From contig JAZRXI010000023.1 of assembly GCA_045600145.1 (NCBI GenBank), forward strand, positions 16,192 through 80,191: 64,000 bases of DNA, in the 5' to 3' direction. How positions within the stretch are numbered: position 1 is the first letter of the stretch; every line of letters begins with the position of its first letter. This DNA is from Clostridia bacterium (GTDB lineage: Bacteria > Bacillota > Clostridia > Christensenellales > QALW01). Under the pieces are notes generated by a model. That model searched no databases and had not been told where the DNA came from. It worked only from the letters and a program-made list of their open reading frames with translations. Of the stretch, positions 53,301-63,260 are shown piece by piece. The translations under genes and the position numbers were made by a program.

Positions 53301-55126
53301 TTGAGGCCTCAAGAGAGATCTCCGAGAGATTTATGTCATCAACGCCGTGGAAGATCACCTCGTGCGCTGATTACGTTATTGCCGATTTCGGAGAAATAAA
53401 GCATATCTACCGCGGCACATACTATGCAAGTGTATGCTCGGGCGTGTTCTCGGTATATTATTCATATGACGGAGTAAATTGGTCTGAAAAGGAAAAGCAT
53501 ACGGAAAATGCGGGTGACTTGTACTATTGGCGCGGATTGCCGTCAAACGAAGGAACATACGATGCTCTTGAAACACGTTATGTTGCCATATGCGGCGAAA
53601 CGCAGAATATGCGCTTCATCGAGTTTGCGTTTTTTGAAGCCGCGGATTCGACAACGCCGATCCCCATAGTAAACATTATGGCTTCGTCCGAGGGTGAGAA
53701 CGGCGGCAAAAATATTTTTGATGAGCAGACGCTTGTGCCTACCCGCGCTTCGTACATGAACAGCATGTATTTTGATGAAATATATCATGCCCGTACTGCG
53801 TATGAAAGTGCAAACGGGCTGAGCATCTATGAATGGACGCATCCGCCACTGGGAAAAGATATGATATCGTGGTGCGTTTCACTTATGGGAATGAATCCGT
53901 TCGCGTGGCGCTTTGCGGGAACACTCGCGGGCGTACTGATGATACCCGCAATGTATTTCATCGGACTTTTGATGTTCCGCAAGACGTCGTGGGCGGCTTG
54001 TACCGCAGCACTTATATCACTTGATGGTATGCACTTTGTACAGACCCGCATCGCCACGATAGATTCGTTCTCGGTAATGTGGATAATATATATGTTCCTG
54101 TTCATGTATTGGTATTACAGCATCAGCTTCTATGACAAAAAGCTGTCGAAGACGTTCGTTCCGCTCGGACTGTGCGGACTGTGCTTCGGGCTCGGCGCGG
54201 CAAGTAAATGGATATGCCTCTATGCCGGTGCCGGACTTGCGATACTCTTCTTTATAACGGTGTACCGCAGGTTTGACGAATATCGCACTGCAAAAGCTAT
54301 GCTTGATGATTCAAGCGGCACCGAAAGAGAATATCTTGAGCATGTTTGCGATTCGTTTGTTCCGAACCTTTGCAAAACGATACTGTTCTGCATACTTGTA
54401 TTTGTGATAATTCCCGTTATCATATACTGTGCGTCATATTATCCGTATTTCCATGCCGAGGGCGAAACACGCGCATGGTATAAGATAATTCTTGACAATC
54501 AGACGGCTATGTTCAATTATCATTCAAAGCTCGATGCGACGCATCCGTTTCAATCCGATTGGTACACTTGGCCTGTCATCTACCGTCCGATGTTCTTCTA
54601 TTCGGGCAAGAATCTTCCCAAAGGGAGGATGGAATGTATTTCAACATTCGGAAACCCCGCCGTATGGTACGCAGGGCTTGCATGCACGCTTATCGGCATA
54701 GTGATATTAGTAATGCGTTTCTTGGGCGAAAAGCTTCCTGCGGACGCACGCAAATCGGGATTTGCTTCACTGTTTGCGCCGGGCGATGAAACATTGAATG
54801 ACAGAGATGAGCGCGATACAAGATTGCTTATTTTCCTGCTTATCGGTGTTGCGTGCAACCTGTTGCCGTGGGTAGGTGTAAGCAGATGTATATTCATCTA
54901 CCACTACTTTGCCACAGTGCCGTTTATTATCATGTTTACGGTATACGTTGTCCGCTACCTCTGCCGTAAGTACAGAAAAAGCGGGATCGCGGTGCTTGCG
55001 GTGCTTCTTATAGCGGCACTTGTACTGTTCATAATGTTCAAGCCGGTTTGGAGCGGCACTGAGGTCTCAAAGGAATATGTAAACACATATCTGCGCTGGT
55101 TTGACAGTTGGGTGTTCGGAAGCTGA
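50327..55126 (+). CDS. giant membrane glycosyltransferase: lipoprotein signal + CBM-like domain + GT-C module + discoidin-like domains + GT39/PMT-like module
   Basis: LLLLCSCG lipobox; NLLKNGSFE CBM start; DYPPLY multi-TM block; ...ARYVRLTA... discoidin-like ends; YFDEIYHARTAYE...HPPLGK PMT signature. Confidence 0.65.
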   Translation: MKKRIISALLIIMLLLLCSCGQEKQAENVNLLKNGSFETVNGTLPEQWTLERYDSSDPVDNYGIVNRADSPDGANAVRLQNDAPNDTRFIQEVAVEPNTYYKLSAMVKTGSVYGENATGANISCMQTYCVSDFVTADEEWTRVTVYGKTDRKTKSVTVAVRLGYYSAECSGCAYFDDISLEKISKLPEDEEAHSMAKFEFSAPKTEKKSSEVADIEISVLFRAGLYFVLLALFVYLALQNKDKFSVKTAYIIIAVSVLVRLVASVMYTGFKVDINCFSVWGRHMANVGPFKFYSEDYFCDYPPLYMLVIGLISAIFSKISLSQGIGLMILKLPAVACDALGALIILKEAKKHADERIASILAIVYAVLPTAILNSAIWGQVDSVLVLFMLLTFALLDNDKFGLSVVTYFIGLLFKPQAILFAPVMALAAFREFQEIFTDKTTAKRRLLGGFGGLAVSTAVFAFLSILMRNGQRPLWLVEKYTETLGSYDYATLNSFGFMGLIGGQWADTAKTTVFGISYSLLGTLLLIFVVAASLILFILASKKTGGKADRKYLWLVAVLLLSGVVTFATRTHERYIFPVMALLIVCAFRFDDMRYLWLTVAYGFVNFVNTAAVLYIYEDLTVYMSKNDALFICGSLAATLLFVLTAIFAFDTVLGNKKITLDTKKSKEAENISGKADKSGKAVKLERLFARKRFKLPRVTWKDIVVCTLITVIYAGVAFTKLGDTKAPETQWHTKLSPVYVTADLGEDTQIDDILFSSAASHGSFTLSYSSDGEKYSDYGTYSPSAISVWQSCNGNPFSARYVRLTARSAISLNELAFMHDGKRIIPENVDTFVTPMDSTCGKGDYLFDYTGDVAMDEKLDVPVTEWTSGGKYILHFPSPVSIYEIRGYITYSEPDASVDIMIPTEDGWTLAVQLMPYGNIPDWCEMSYAVPADDLNDITEIMLDGGDGAVHVAEIAVLTENGLLENMTFEPLDGADETQIKNCFDEQESFEASREISERFMSSTPWKITSCADYVIADFGEIKHIYRGTYYASVCSGVFSVYYSYDGVNWSEKEKHTENAGDLYYWRGLPSNEGTYDALETRYVAICGETQNMRFIEFAFFEAADSTTPIPIVNIMASSEGENGGKNIFDEQTLVPTRASYMNSMYFDEIYHARTAYESANGLSIYEWTHPPLGKDMISWCVSLMGMNPFAWRFAGTLAGVLMIPAMYFIGLLMFRKTSWAACTAALISLDGMHFVQTRIATIDSFSVMWIIYMFLFMYWYYSISFYDKKLSKTFVPLGLCGLCFGLGAASKWICLYAGAGLAILFFITVYRRFDEYRTAKAMLDDSSGTEREYLEHVCDSFVPNLCKTILFCILVFVIIPVIIYCASYYPYFHAEGETRAWYKIILDNQTAMFNYHSKLDATHPFQSDWYTWPVIYRPMFFYSGKNLPKGRMECISTFGNPAVWYAGLACTLIGIVILVMRFLGEKLPADARKSGFASLFAPGDETLNDRDERDTRLLIFLLIGVACNLLPWVGVSRCIFIYHYFATVPFIIMFTVYVVRYLCRKYRKSGIAVLAVLLIAALVLFIMFKPVWSGTEVSKEYVNTYLRWFDSWVFGS

Positions 55127-55153
55127 TATCGCGGAAACGGGAAAGGAAATAAT

Positions 55154-57640
55154 ATGAAAACTCTTTTGATTGACGGCAACAGCCTTATTAACCGCGCGTT
55201 CTACGCTCTGCCCGTGCTTTCGACCGATGACGGTATATATACCAACGCGGTGTACGGCTTTTTGAAAATGTTCTATAAGGCGGCAGACGAATACGCGCCC
55301 GACAACATCGTGTGCGCGTTCGACTTGAAATCGCCTACGTTCCGTCATAAGCGTTATCCCGAATATAAGGCGGGACGCAAGAAAATGCCGGATGAGCTTG
55401 TACCGCAGATACCGCTTTTAAGGGAAGTGCTGACGCTTCTCGGCGTAAAATGCGTAAGCGTCGAGGGCTTTGAGGCAGATGATATCATCGGTACCTATTC
55501 GCTGATGTCGGATCTGTCGGGCGGCGAGACGGCTATAATCACGGGCGACCGTGATTCGTTTCAGCTCATAAGCGAGCATACGAGTGTATGGTACACCAAA
55601 AAAGGCATTTCGGATATACTTAAGCTTACGCCGGATAACATAAAGGATAATTACGGCGTTACCGAAAAACAGGTGTGCGACCTGAAAGGCTTGATGGGCG
55701 ACAGCTCGGATAATATCCCGGGCATAGCGGGCGTAGGAGAAAAGACAGCACTGACATTGCTTGAAAAATACGGTACTCTTGAAAGCGTGCTTGAGCATGC
55801 CGACGAAGTAAAGGGTAAGCTCGGCGAAAAGCTCCGCGACGGACGCGAGGCGGCAACCGAAAGTAAGTTTTTGGCGACCATAGTGCGCAATGTGCCGGTA
55901 GAACCGCTTTCGGAATGCGCGTATAAGCCTGTTTCCGACGAGGTAGCCGCGGAGATATTTGCAAAATACCAATTTAAGTCATTGCTTGAACGTGTAGGTG
56001 CAAAGAAAACCGTCTTTGAGCCGCATACTGCGGATTTTTGTGATTTGTCATTTATCGGGGATTCTGTCGCGGTATATGTTACCGATTTCGAGATTCTTAT
56101 AGCGGCGGATGAAAATAAACAGTATCGCATTTCGCTTGTCGTGGATCTGCTCACCGCGGGAATGCCGCTTGATACGGCGGTCGAAACACTTCGCCCCGTA
56201 ATGGAAAATGAAAGCGTAAAAAAATACTTTTATGACTGTAAGTCCGCAATGAAGCTTTGGAATATCAAAAATATCTGCGGAGATATAATGCTTGCCGAAT
56301 ACTTGCTCGATGCGGGCAATGACGATTTTTCGTTCGCACACATCGCGGAGCGATATTCGGTTTCCGAGGGGGCCGCGTCAATATTCCGCGTGCACGAGAA
56401 GCAGGCGAAAGCGCTTGAAGCGCAGAAGCTTACTTCACTTTATTACGATATGGAATTACCGCTCGCCGCTGTGCTTGATTCAATGGAAAAGGCGGGCTTC
56501 CGCGTCGATGCTCCGACACTCCGCAGTTTAGGAAGCGAGTTCTCCGAAAAGCTTTCTTCGCTCACGGGTGAAATATATGCGTTTGCGGGAAAGGAATTCA
56601 ATATCAATTCGCCGCAGCAGCTCGGAAGCGTATTGTTTGAAGACCTTGCACTTCCCGCCAAAAAGAAGAACAAACGCGGTTACTCCACCGATAATGACGT
56701 GCTTGAACAGCTTGAGCATCCGATAATTCCGCTTATAATGGAATACCGTCAGCTTCAGAAGCTTAAAAGTACTTATGTCGATGCCATGTTTGGATTGCTT
56801 TCTTCCGATGGACGCATACATTCCACTTTTAAGCAGGCGGCCGCGGCAACGGGCAGAATATCAAGCACCGAGCCGAATTTACAGAATATACCCGTTCGCT
56901 ATGAGGCAGGCAGAGCTATCCGCAAGGCATTTTTGGCGGATGAGGGCAAGGTGCTTATAAATGCGGATTATTCGCAGATAGAGCTTCGCATACTTGCGCA
57001 TCTTTCGGGCGACGAGACTCTGATAAGCTCATTTAACAACAACGAGGATATCCATGCCCGCACCGCCGCTGAAGTGATGGGGATAGATATTTCGGAGGTC
57101 ACAAGGGAACAGCGAAGCCAAGCAAAAGCCGTAAACTTCGGAATAGTTTACGGGATCAGTGATTTCGGACTTGCAAAGAACATAAACATTTCCCGTAAAG
57201 AAGCGGGAGAGTTCATAGAAAGGTATTTTGAACGTTATCCGCGGATAAAGCAATATATGGACGAATGTGTCAGCGAAGCAAAGCGCTCAGGCTATACTAC
57301 GACGATTTTTTCAAGACGCCGCGCGATACCTCAGCTTAAGGCACAGAGCTTTCATGTGCGTGCTTTCGGCGAGCGTGTTGCGATGAATACCCCGATACAG
57401 GGAAGTGCTGCCGATATAATCAAGCTTGCGATGCTGAACGTACACAGAGAGCTTGAAAAGGAGCCTCGGCTCGGTAAACTGATTTTGCAGGTGCATGATG
57501 AGTTGATAATCGAGGCGGATGAAGCAGTCGCCGCCGATACCGAAAAAATGCTCAGGGACGTAATGGAAAACGTTACGAAGCTTTCGGTGCCGCTTAAAGC
57601 GGAAACAAATGTGGGAAGGACATGGCTTGATCTGAAATGA
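55154..57640 (+). CDS. polA: DNA polymerase I
   Basis: 5' nuclease N-terminus (LIDGNSL, GDRDS), polymerase motifs DYSQIELR, RSQAKAVNFGIVYG, QVHDE. Confidence 0.95.
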   Translation: MKTLLIDGNSLINRAFYALPVLSTDDGIYTNAVYGFLKMFYKAADEYAPDNIVCAFDLKSPTFRHKRYPEYKAGRKKMPDELVPQIPLLREVLTLLGVKCVSVEGFEADDIIGTYSLMSDLSGGETAIITGDRDSFQLISEHTSVWYTKKGISDILKLTPDNIKDNYGVTEKQVCDLKGLMGDSSDNIPGIAGVGEKTALTLLEKYGTLESVLEHADEVKGKLGEKLRDGREAATESKFLATIVRNVPVEPLSECAYKPVSDEVAAEIFAKYQFKSLLERVGAKKTVFEPHTADFCDLSFIGDSVAVYVTDFEILIAADENKQYRISLVVDLLTAGMPLDTAVETLRPVMENESVKKYFYDCKSAMKLWNIKNICGDIMLAEYLLDAGNDDFSFAHIAERYSVSEGAASIFRVHEKQAKALEAQKLTSLYYDMELPLAAVLDSMEKAGFRVDAPTLRSLGSEFSEKLSSLTGEIYAFAGKEFNINSPQQLGSVLFEDLALPAKKKNKRGYSTDNDVLEQLEHPIIPLIMEYRQLQKLKSTYVDAMFGLLSSDGRIHSTFKQAAAATGRISSTEPNLQNIPVRYEAGRAIRKAFLADEGKVLINADYSQIELRILAHLSGDETLISSFNNNEDIHARTAAEVMGIDISEVTREQRSQAKAVNFGIVYGISDFGLAKNINISRKEAGEFIERYFERYPRIKQYMDECVSEAKRSGYTTTIFSRRRAIPQLKAQSFHVRAFGERVAMNTPIQGSAADIIKLAMLNVHRELEKEPRLGKLILQVHDELIIEADEAVAADTEKMLRDVMENVTKLSVPLKAETNVGRTWLDLK

Positions 57641-58218
57641 TTCTCGGACTGACGGGCGGAATAGCTTCCGGCAAAAGCACGGTATCGGAATATTTTATTT
57701 CAAAAGGGATACCCGTTATAGACGCCGATGCCATTTCGCACAATATAACTCAAAATGGGAACAGAGGAGCGGAGGCTGTGCGGGAAACATTCGGCGATGA
57801 GTTTTTCGTTCAAGGAGAGCTCGACAGGAAAAAACTCGCAATGTTTTGCTTCGGGAATAGCCAAAACACCGAAAAGCTGAATGAGTTGCTTCATCCCATT
57901 ATCATTGAGGAAATAGAAGATCTTATAAAAAGGTACGCGGGTGAAAAGCTGGTAGTGCTCGACGCTCCGCTGCTTATAGAATCAAAGCTTTACAAAAAGT
58001 GCGATAAGGTGCTTTCGATAATATGCGACCGTGAGATCCGCATAAAACGTGCGATGCTTCGTTCGTCGATAAGCGAAAGCGAGGTGCGTGCGCGTATGGA
58101 TAAGCAGATATCCGATGACGAACGGATGCGGTATTCCGATTTTATCATTGATAACAGCGGAACGGTTGAGGATACGCTTGCACAGACGGATAATATACTA
58201 AAGGAGCTTTTCGGATGA
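57637..58218 (+). CDS. coaE: dephospho-CoA kinase
   Basis: GLTGGIASGKST P-loop. 193 aa, follows polA. Confidence 0.9.
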   Translation: MILGLTGGIASGKSTVSEYFISKGIPVIDADAISHNITQNGNRGAEAVRETFGDEFFVQGELDRKKLAMFCFGNSQNTEKLNELLHPIIIEEIEDLIKRYAGEKLVVLDAPLLIESKLYKKCDKVLSIICDREIRIKRAMLRSSISESEVRARMDKQISDDERMRYSDFIIDNSGTVEDTLAQTDNILKELFG

Positions 58219-58787
58219 AAAGAAAAAGAAAGAGCTTTTTTCAGAGCAACGTGCTCAAAATGATCATCACCGCAATACTGCTTTTTGCTTTTGTGTATGT
58301 GGCGTTCATATGGAGCAATACATATATAAAGCAAAAGCTTCCGGTAAAATTCAGCGAACAGGTCGAAATGTATTCGGATGAATACGGGCTTGACAGATAT
58401 CTTGTATATTCGGTAATAAGCGTCGAAAGCGATTTCGATAAAAATGCCGAATCGAGTGCGGGTGCGCTCGGACTTATGCAGATAATGCCGGAAACAGCCG
58501 ATTGGATGAACAGCAAATATTCACTTGCAATAAATGATATCGACCTTTTTTCGCCCGATACGAACATCCGTATCGGATGCTGTTATCTTTCGTATCTGAC
58601 AAAGCGTTTTGGAAGCACTGAGCTTGCACTTATCGCGTACAATGGCGGAGAAGGCAACGTAAGAGAATGGCTTAAGAAGTATTCCTCCGACGGCGTGACG
58701 CTTGATACGATCCCTTATAAGGAAACCGCAAATTATGTCAAAAAGGTGACTACCCGTTATGAGATTTATTCACGCATTTATTCGTAA
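58215..58787 (+). CDS. lytic transglycosylase (SLT domain), membrane-anchored
   Basis: VISVESDFD...GALGLMQIMPETA...AYNGG. Confidence 0.8.
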   Translation: MKRKRKSFFQSNVLKMIITAILLFAFVYVAFIWSNTYIKQKLPVKFSEQVEMYSDEYGLDRYLVYSVISVESDFDKNAESSAGALGLMQIMPETADWMNSKYSLAINDIDLFSPDTNIRIGCCYLSYLTKRFGSTELALIAYNGGEGNVREWLKKYSSDGVTLDTIPYKETANYVKKVTTRYEIYSRIYS

Positions 58788-60378
58788 TTTTACGCGCGTA
58801 ACAGCACTTGCACTTACGGTGATACTGCTTTGTTCCTGCGGTGATGACGGTAACGGCATCATTATTCCGCCGTCATCGTCGGGAAGCACGGACGATACGC
58901 AGGAGGCGGAGGCAGGCGGAACATTACGTATACCCATGACGCTTTCGCCGTATTCGATGCACCCGTTATATATAAAAGAAGCGCAGATGCGGAATATCTA
59001 TTCGATGATCTTTGAGCCGCTGATAGAATTTGACGACAATATGGAACCGTGCGCCTGCATTGCCGAAAGTTGGAAATATGAAGGTGATTCATGGGTGATC
59101 AAGCTGCGCTCCAATGTCCATTGGCACGGCACACTCGGTGAAATAAGCGCAGCGGATGCCGCTTACACGATAAATGCAATACTTTCTGACCCAGAGAGCA
59201 TATATTATTCGAATCTTTCGGCATATGCAGTAAGCGCCGAGGGATATGACACTACGCTGACAGTGCATACGCGCACACCGTCGTATGCCGCCATTTACGC
59301 GCTTAATATTCCGGTTATTCCGGAAAAATATTATTCCGGCAAATCGAAAACATGCCGCGATATACCGCTCGGAAGCGGATGCTATGCTGTGGATTCGCTT
59401 ACCTTTGATGGCGAAACAAGAATGCAGTTATCGGCATTTTCACGCTGGTGGAAGAAGCTCCCGTATATTTCCGCCGTTACGGCAGTCGGCTATAAGGACA
59501 GCGAAAGCATTTTCGGTGCATTCACATCCGGCGAGCTTGATTGCGTGCCTACATCACTCAAAACTACGGAAATATACGAGATACTCGACGGAGTGAATGA
59601 AAAAAGCTATCTTTCACATAACTATGTATTTCTTGCATTCAATATGGCACGCCCGATAATGCAGAATGCCGATTTTCGGCATGCACTTGCATATGCGGTA
59701 AACCGCACAAAGATAATAAACAACGTGTATCTGTCAAAGGCATCCGGCGCCGAACAGCCGCTTTTTAATGATTCGTCCTTATCAAGCGCGGCAGTGACAC
59801 GATATGACCATAATGCGACTCGCGCAAGGGAAATAATCGACAGCCTGTATTATACCGATGATGACCTTGACGGCTTCGTCGAAGCAAACGGTGCAAAAAT
59901 AACACTTACGATTGCCGTACGCAATGTTCCTGAAAATCCCGTGCGTCTTGAAGCCGCCGAATCCATAAAAGCAGATCTTGCAGAGGTCGGGATCGACGTG
60001 GAAATACATTCTTTATCAGAATCGGAGCTGCAAGCTGCCGTGCAAAAGAGAGAATATGATATCATTTTAAGCGGATATTACCTTTCCGATACTCCGAATT
60101 TACGATTTGCGTTTTTGGGTGACGGAAATCTTTCATCATATTCATCCGCGGCACTGAATAGCGCACTTGACGGTATTGATGCGGCCGAATCTCCTCAAAA
60201 ACTAAAGTCGGCAGTTCTTACTTTGCAGCAGGTGCTTGCTGATGAATTACCGCACATCGGGCTGTTCTTTGAAATGAATACGTTCCTTTACGGTGAAAAG
60301 CTTCATATCGGCAAGATCCAACGTGAATCAAACGTGTATTCAACAATAAACACATGGTGGATAGAAAACGAGAAATAA
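58759..60378 (+). CDS. ABC transporter substrate-binding lipoprotein (family 5, peptide/nickel type)
   Basis: LLCSCG lipobox. Size 539 aa with a family-5 type layout. Confidence 0.7.
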   Translation: MRFIHAFIRNFTRVTALALTVILLCSCGDDGNGIIIPPSSSGSTDDTQEAEAGGTLRIPMTLSPYSMHPLYIKEAQMRNIYSMIFEPLIEFDDNMEPCACIAESWKYEGDSWVIKLRSNVHWHGTLGEISAADAAYTINAILSDPESIYYSNLSAYAVSAEGYDTTLTVHTRTPSYAAIYALNIPVIPEKYYSGKSKTCRDIPLGSGCYAVDSLTFDGETRMQLSAFSRWWKKLPYISAVTAVGYKDSESIFGAFTSGELDCVPTSLKTTEIYEILDGVNEKSYLSHNYVFLAFNMARPIMQNADFRHALAYAVNRTKIINNVYLSKASGAEQPLFNDSSLSSAAVTRYDHNATRAREIIDSLYYTDDDLDGFVEANGAKITLTIAVRNVPENPVRLEAAESIKADLAEVGIDVEIHSLSESELQAAVQKREYDIILSGYYLSDTPNLRFAFLGDGNLSSYSSAALNSALDGIDAAESPQKLKSAVLTLQQVLADELPHIGLFFEMNTFLYGEKLHIGKIQRESNVYSTINTWWIENEK

Positions 60379-60550
60379 TGTGCGGCTTTGCGTAGGGCAT
60401 TATTACTCTGATTGCAGTGTGCACACGGTGCGTCAAGGATGTCGCATCCTACAAAATACATTAAATAAAGTGTAAAGCGTTACACGGTAATAGCGGGTGG
60501 CAGAGGAACGCTGTCACCGTGCCGCACGGAGCGGAGCTGCACAACGGAAG

Positions 60551-60579
60551 TTGACAGCATAATGACCGTATGCTATAAT
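60551..60579 (+). promoter_or_regulatory. consensus promoter TTGACA-17-TATAAT (with TG extension)
   Basis: -35 at 60551-60556 and -10 at 60574-60579. Confidence 0.55.
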
Positions 60580-60696
60580 ATATACATCGGCATTGCAATG
60601 CGTTATTGTGATTTTGACTTGTTCCACCGTGTCGTTAAAATATTCGTTTTGTCGATGCCGATAATATTAAAATACGTGATGAAGAAGGGTAATATC

Positions 60697-60924
60697 ATGG
60701 ATATTAAAGCAAAGGCAGAAGAAATCGTAGCAAAAATCAAAAACGATAAAGACATTAAGGCAAAGTTTGAAAAAGACCCGGCAAAGACCGTTGAAGAGCT
60801 TTTGGGAATAGACATTCCGGGCGACACGCTCAACAATATCGTTGATATTGTCAAAGCAAAGCTTACCGCAAACGATATATCGGGTATCGCATCTAAAATA
60901 GGCGGACTTTTCGGCAAAAAGTAA
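60697..60924 (+). CDS. hypothetical small Lys-rich protein
   Basis: ATG 60697 after GAAGAAGGG. 75 aa. The upstream part of ORF 60562 overlaps the promoter. Confidence 0.45.
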   Translation: MDIKAKAEEIVAKIKNDKDIKAKFEKDPAKTVEELLGIDIPGDTLNNIVDIVKAKLTANDISGIASKIGGLFGKK

Positions 60925-61022
60925 TATCATGCTTTGGTGAAGGCTATCGTGCGGAGAGGATTCCGACACGGTAGCTCTTTTTATATTTGATCACAGATTT
61001 TGAATATTTTTTCATAAATTGG

Positions 61023-61051
61023 TTGACATTTTCGCATAAATGTTGTATTAT
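61023..61051 (+). promoter_or_regulatory. arg operon promoter TTGACA-17-TATTAT
   Basis: -35 at 61023-61028 and -10 at 61046-61051. TGCATA-containing AT-rich repeats in and after the spacer. Confidence 0.45.
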
Positions 61052-61083
61052 TATTGCATATTTATACAAGGAAGTGATGATTC

Positions 61084-62001
61084 TTGCCAAAAATATTCAT
61101 CGACGGAAGTGCCGGTACGACCGGCTTACGCATATATGACAGACTTATCGGGCGCAAGGACATTGAACTTGTTACGCTCCCTGACGAAATGCGCAAATCG
61201 CCCGAAGCGCGGCGTGATGCTCTCAATAATGCGGATATCGCATTTTTGTGCCTGCCCGACATCGCCGCTGTAGAGTCGGTTTCACTTATCGAAAATGATT
61301 CAACGGCAGTGATAGACACTTCTACTGCGCACAGAACGAATGATGCGTGGGTTTACGGATTCCCCGAGCTTACGGGTCAGCGCGAAAAAATAAAAGCTTC
61401 AAAGCGTATAGCCAATCCCGGCTGTCATGCAAGCGGTTTCGTATCGCTCGTCGCGCCGCTTGTTGAAAACGGAGTGATCAAAAAAGATGCGAAGCTTACA
61501 TGCTTTTCACTGACGGGCTATTCCGGCGGCGGCAAAAAGATGATAGCCGAATATGAGGACGAGTGCCGTGACGCGCTGCTCGACGCGCCGCGTATGTACG
61601 GCAACACACAGGCACACAAGCATCTGCCCGAAATGGCGAAAATCACAGGACTTGATATGCCTGTGTTTTGTCCGATAGTAGCGCCGTATTACTCGGGCAT
61701 GCAGGTAACAGTTCCGTTGTTTTCTTCTGATATCGACGGCGATATCACAAAAATAAAAGAGATATATTCCGCATACTATAACAGCGGGGTCGTTCACTTT
61801 GCCGACAAAGAGGAAGCATTTCTTTCAGCCGCTGCGCTTAAGGACAGCGACGCGATGGAAATAAACGTATACGGCAATGAAGAACGGATATTGCTAGTTT
61901 CGCGCTTTGATAATCTCGGCAAGGGCGCGTCGGGCTCGGCAATACAAAACATGAACATATTGCTTGGCATCGGTGAGACCGAGGGCTTGAACATAATCTG
62001 A
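61084..62001 (+). CDS. argC: N-acetyl-gamma-glutamyl-phosphate reductase (short form, TTG start)
   Basis: IDGSAGTTGLRI, ANPGCHASG active-site Cys-His. Confidence 0.9.
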   Translation: MPKIFIDGSAGTTGLRIYDRLIGRKDIELVTLPDEMRKSPEARRDALNNADIAFLCLPDIAAVESVSLIENDSTAVIDTSTAHRTNDAWVYGFPELTGQREKIKASKRIANPGCHASGFVSLVAPLVENGVIKKDAKLTCFSLTGYSGGGKKMIAEYEDECRDALLDAPRMYGNTQAHKHLPEMAKITGLDMPVFCPIVAPYYSGMQVTVPLFSSDIDGDITKIKEIYSAYYNSGVVHFADKEEAFLSAAALKDSDAMEINVYGNEERILLVSRFDNLGKGASGSAIQNMNILLGIGETEGLNII

Positions 62002-62020
62002 ATTGAAAGGACGACAAATA

Positions 62021-63235
62021 ATGAAATTCATTGACGGCGGCATATGTGCCGCAAAGGGTTTTTCGGCTTCCGGCATTCATTGCGGAATACGCAAAAACAA
62101 GACAAAGAAAGATTTATCGCTTATTTTCAGCAGTGTGCCGGCATCGGCGGCTGCTGTATATACCACTAATCTCGTAAAGGGGGCACCGCTTACCGTAACG
62201 AAAAAGCATCTTGAAAACGGAACGGCACAGGCGATCATCTGCAACAGCGGAAACGCCAATACCTGCAATGCGAACGGGATCGAAATAGCGGAAAAGATGA
62301 GCACACTCGTCGGTGAGGCGCTGAATATCAGCGCGAAAGACGTTGTTGTCGCATCCACGGGCGTTATCGGCCAGCCACTCGACATCGAGCCTATCGCCGC
62401 GGGCATACCGAAGCTTGCGAAAGTGCTTTCACCCGAAGGTGGCGCGGATGCCGCAGAGGGCATAATGACGACGGACACCGTAAAAAAAGAGGTTGCAATA
62501 GAATTTGAGCTCGGTGGCAAGATCTGCAAAATAGGCGGTATAGCCAAGGGCAGCGGCATGATACATCCCAATATGGCGACGATGCTCGTATTTATCACGT
62601 CGGATGCGGCGATAGCTCCCGATATGCTTCAAAAAGCACTTTCGGAGGATATCGAGGATACCTTCAACATGGTCAGCATTGACGGTGATACATCGACAAA
62701 TGACATGGTGACGGTGCTTGCGAACGGAATGGCGGGAAATGAAAAAATCGTTTCCGACGGTAAGGATTTCCAAACGTTCAAAAAAGCGCTTAACGAGATC
62801 ACCGTTCGCCTTTGCCGCATGATAGCGGGCGACGGAGAGGGCGCGACGAAGCTTCTTGAGTGCATCGTTGACGGCGCGAAAGATAAGCGGTGCGCCAAGA
62901 CCGTTGCCAAGAGCGTTGTATGCTCGTCGCTTCTCAAGGCGGCGATGTTCGGCGCGGACGCGAATTGGGGTCGTGTGCTTTGTGCCATAGGCTACAGTGG
63001 TGCTGATGTGGATGTGAATAAGATAGACGTGCTTTTCAAGAGCGTCGCGGGTGAGATATCCGTATGCGAAAACGGTGCGGGTGTCGATTTTTCCGAGGAG
63101 ACAGCAAAAAAAATACTTTCGGAAAACGCAATAGAGATAATCGTTCACTTGAACAGCGGAGAGTATTCCGCTACCGCTCGCGGCTGTGATCTTACATACG
63201 ATTATGTAAAGATAAACGGCGATTACCGTACCTGA
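62021..63235 (+). CDS. argJ: bifunctional glutamate N-acetyltransferase / amino-acid acetyltransferase
   Basis: GFSASGIHCGIRK, ATMLVFITSDA autocleavage region, NGDYRT C-terminus. Confidence 0.9.
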   Translation: MKFIDGGICAAKGFSASGIHCGIRKNKTKKDLSLIFSSVPASAAAVYTTNLVKGAPLTVTKKHLENGTAQAIICNSGNANTCNANGIEIAEKMSTLVGEALNISAKDVVVASTGVIGQPLDIEPIAAGIPKLAKVLSPEGGADAAEGIMTTDTVKKEVAIEFELGGKICKIGGIAKGSGMIHPNMATMLVFITSDAAIAPDMLQKALSEDIEDTFNMVSIDGDTSTNDMVTVLANGMAGNEKIVSDGKDFQTFKKALNEITVRLCRMIAGDGEGATKLLECIVDGAKDKRCAKTVAKSVVCSSLLKAAMFGADANWGRVLCAIGYSGADVDVNKIDVLFKSVAGEISVCENGAGVDFSEETAKKILSENAIEIIVHLNSGEYSATARGCDLTYDYVKINGDYRT

Positions 63236-63260
63236 TACAGCGGCAAAAGGAGCGAATATT

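Noticed and set aside
60379-60550. 170-nt GC-rich structured non-coding stretch after the ABC binding-protein gene, with several short hairpins.
   Set aside because: It has no U-tract terminator and no recognisable RNA family, so the evidence is too weak to call a feature.
61029-61083. Possible ArgR (ARG box) operator in the argC promoter (TGCATAAAT ... TTGCATATTTATA).
   Set aside because: The region is AT-rich with two TGCATA words, but I cannot align it convincingly to an 18-bp ARG-box palindrome by eye. Only the promoter is reported.
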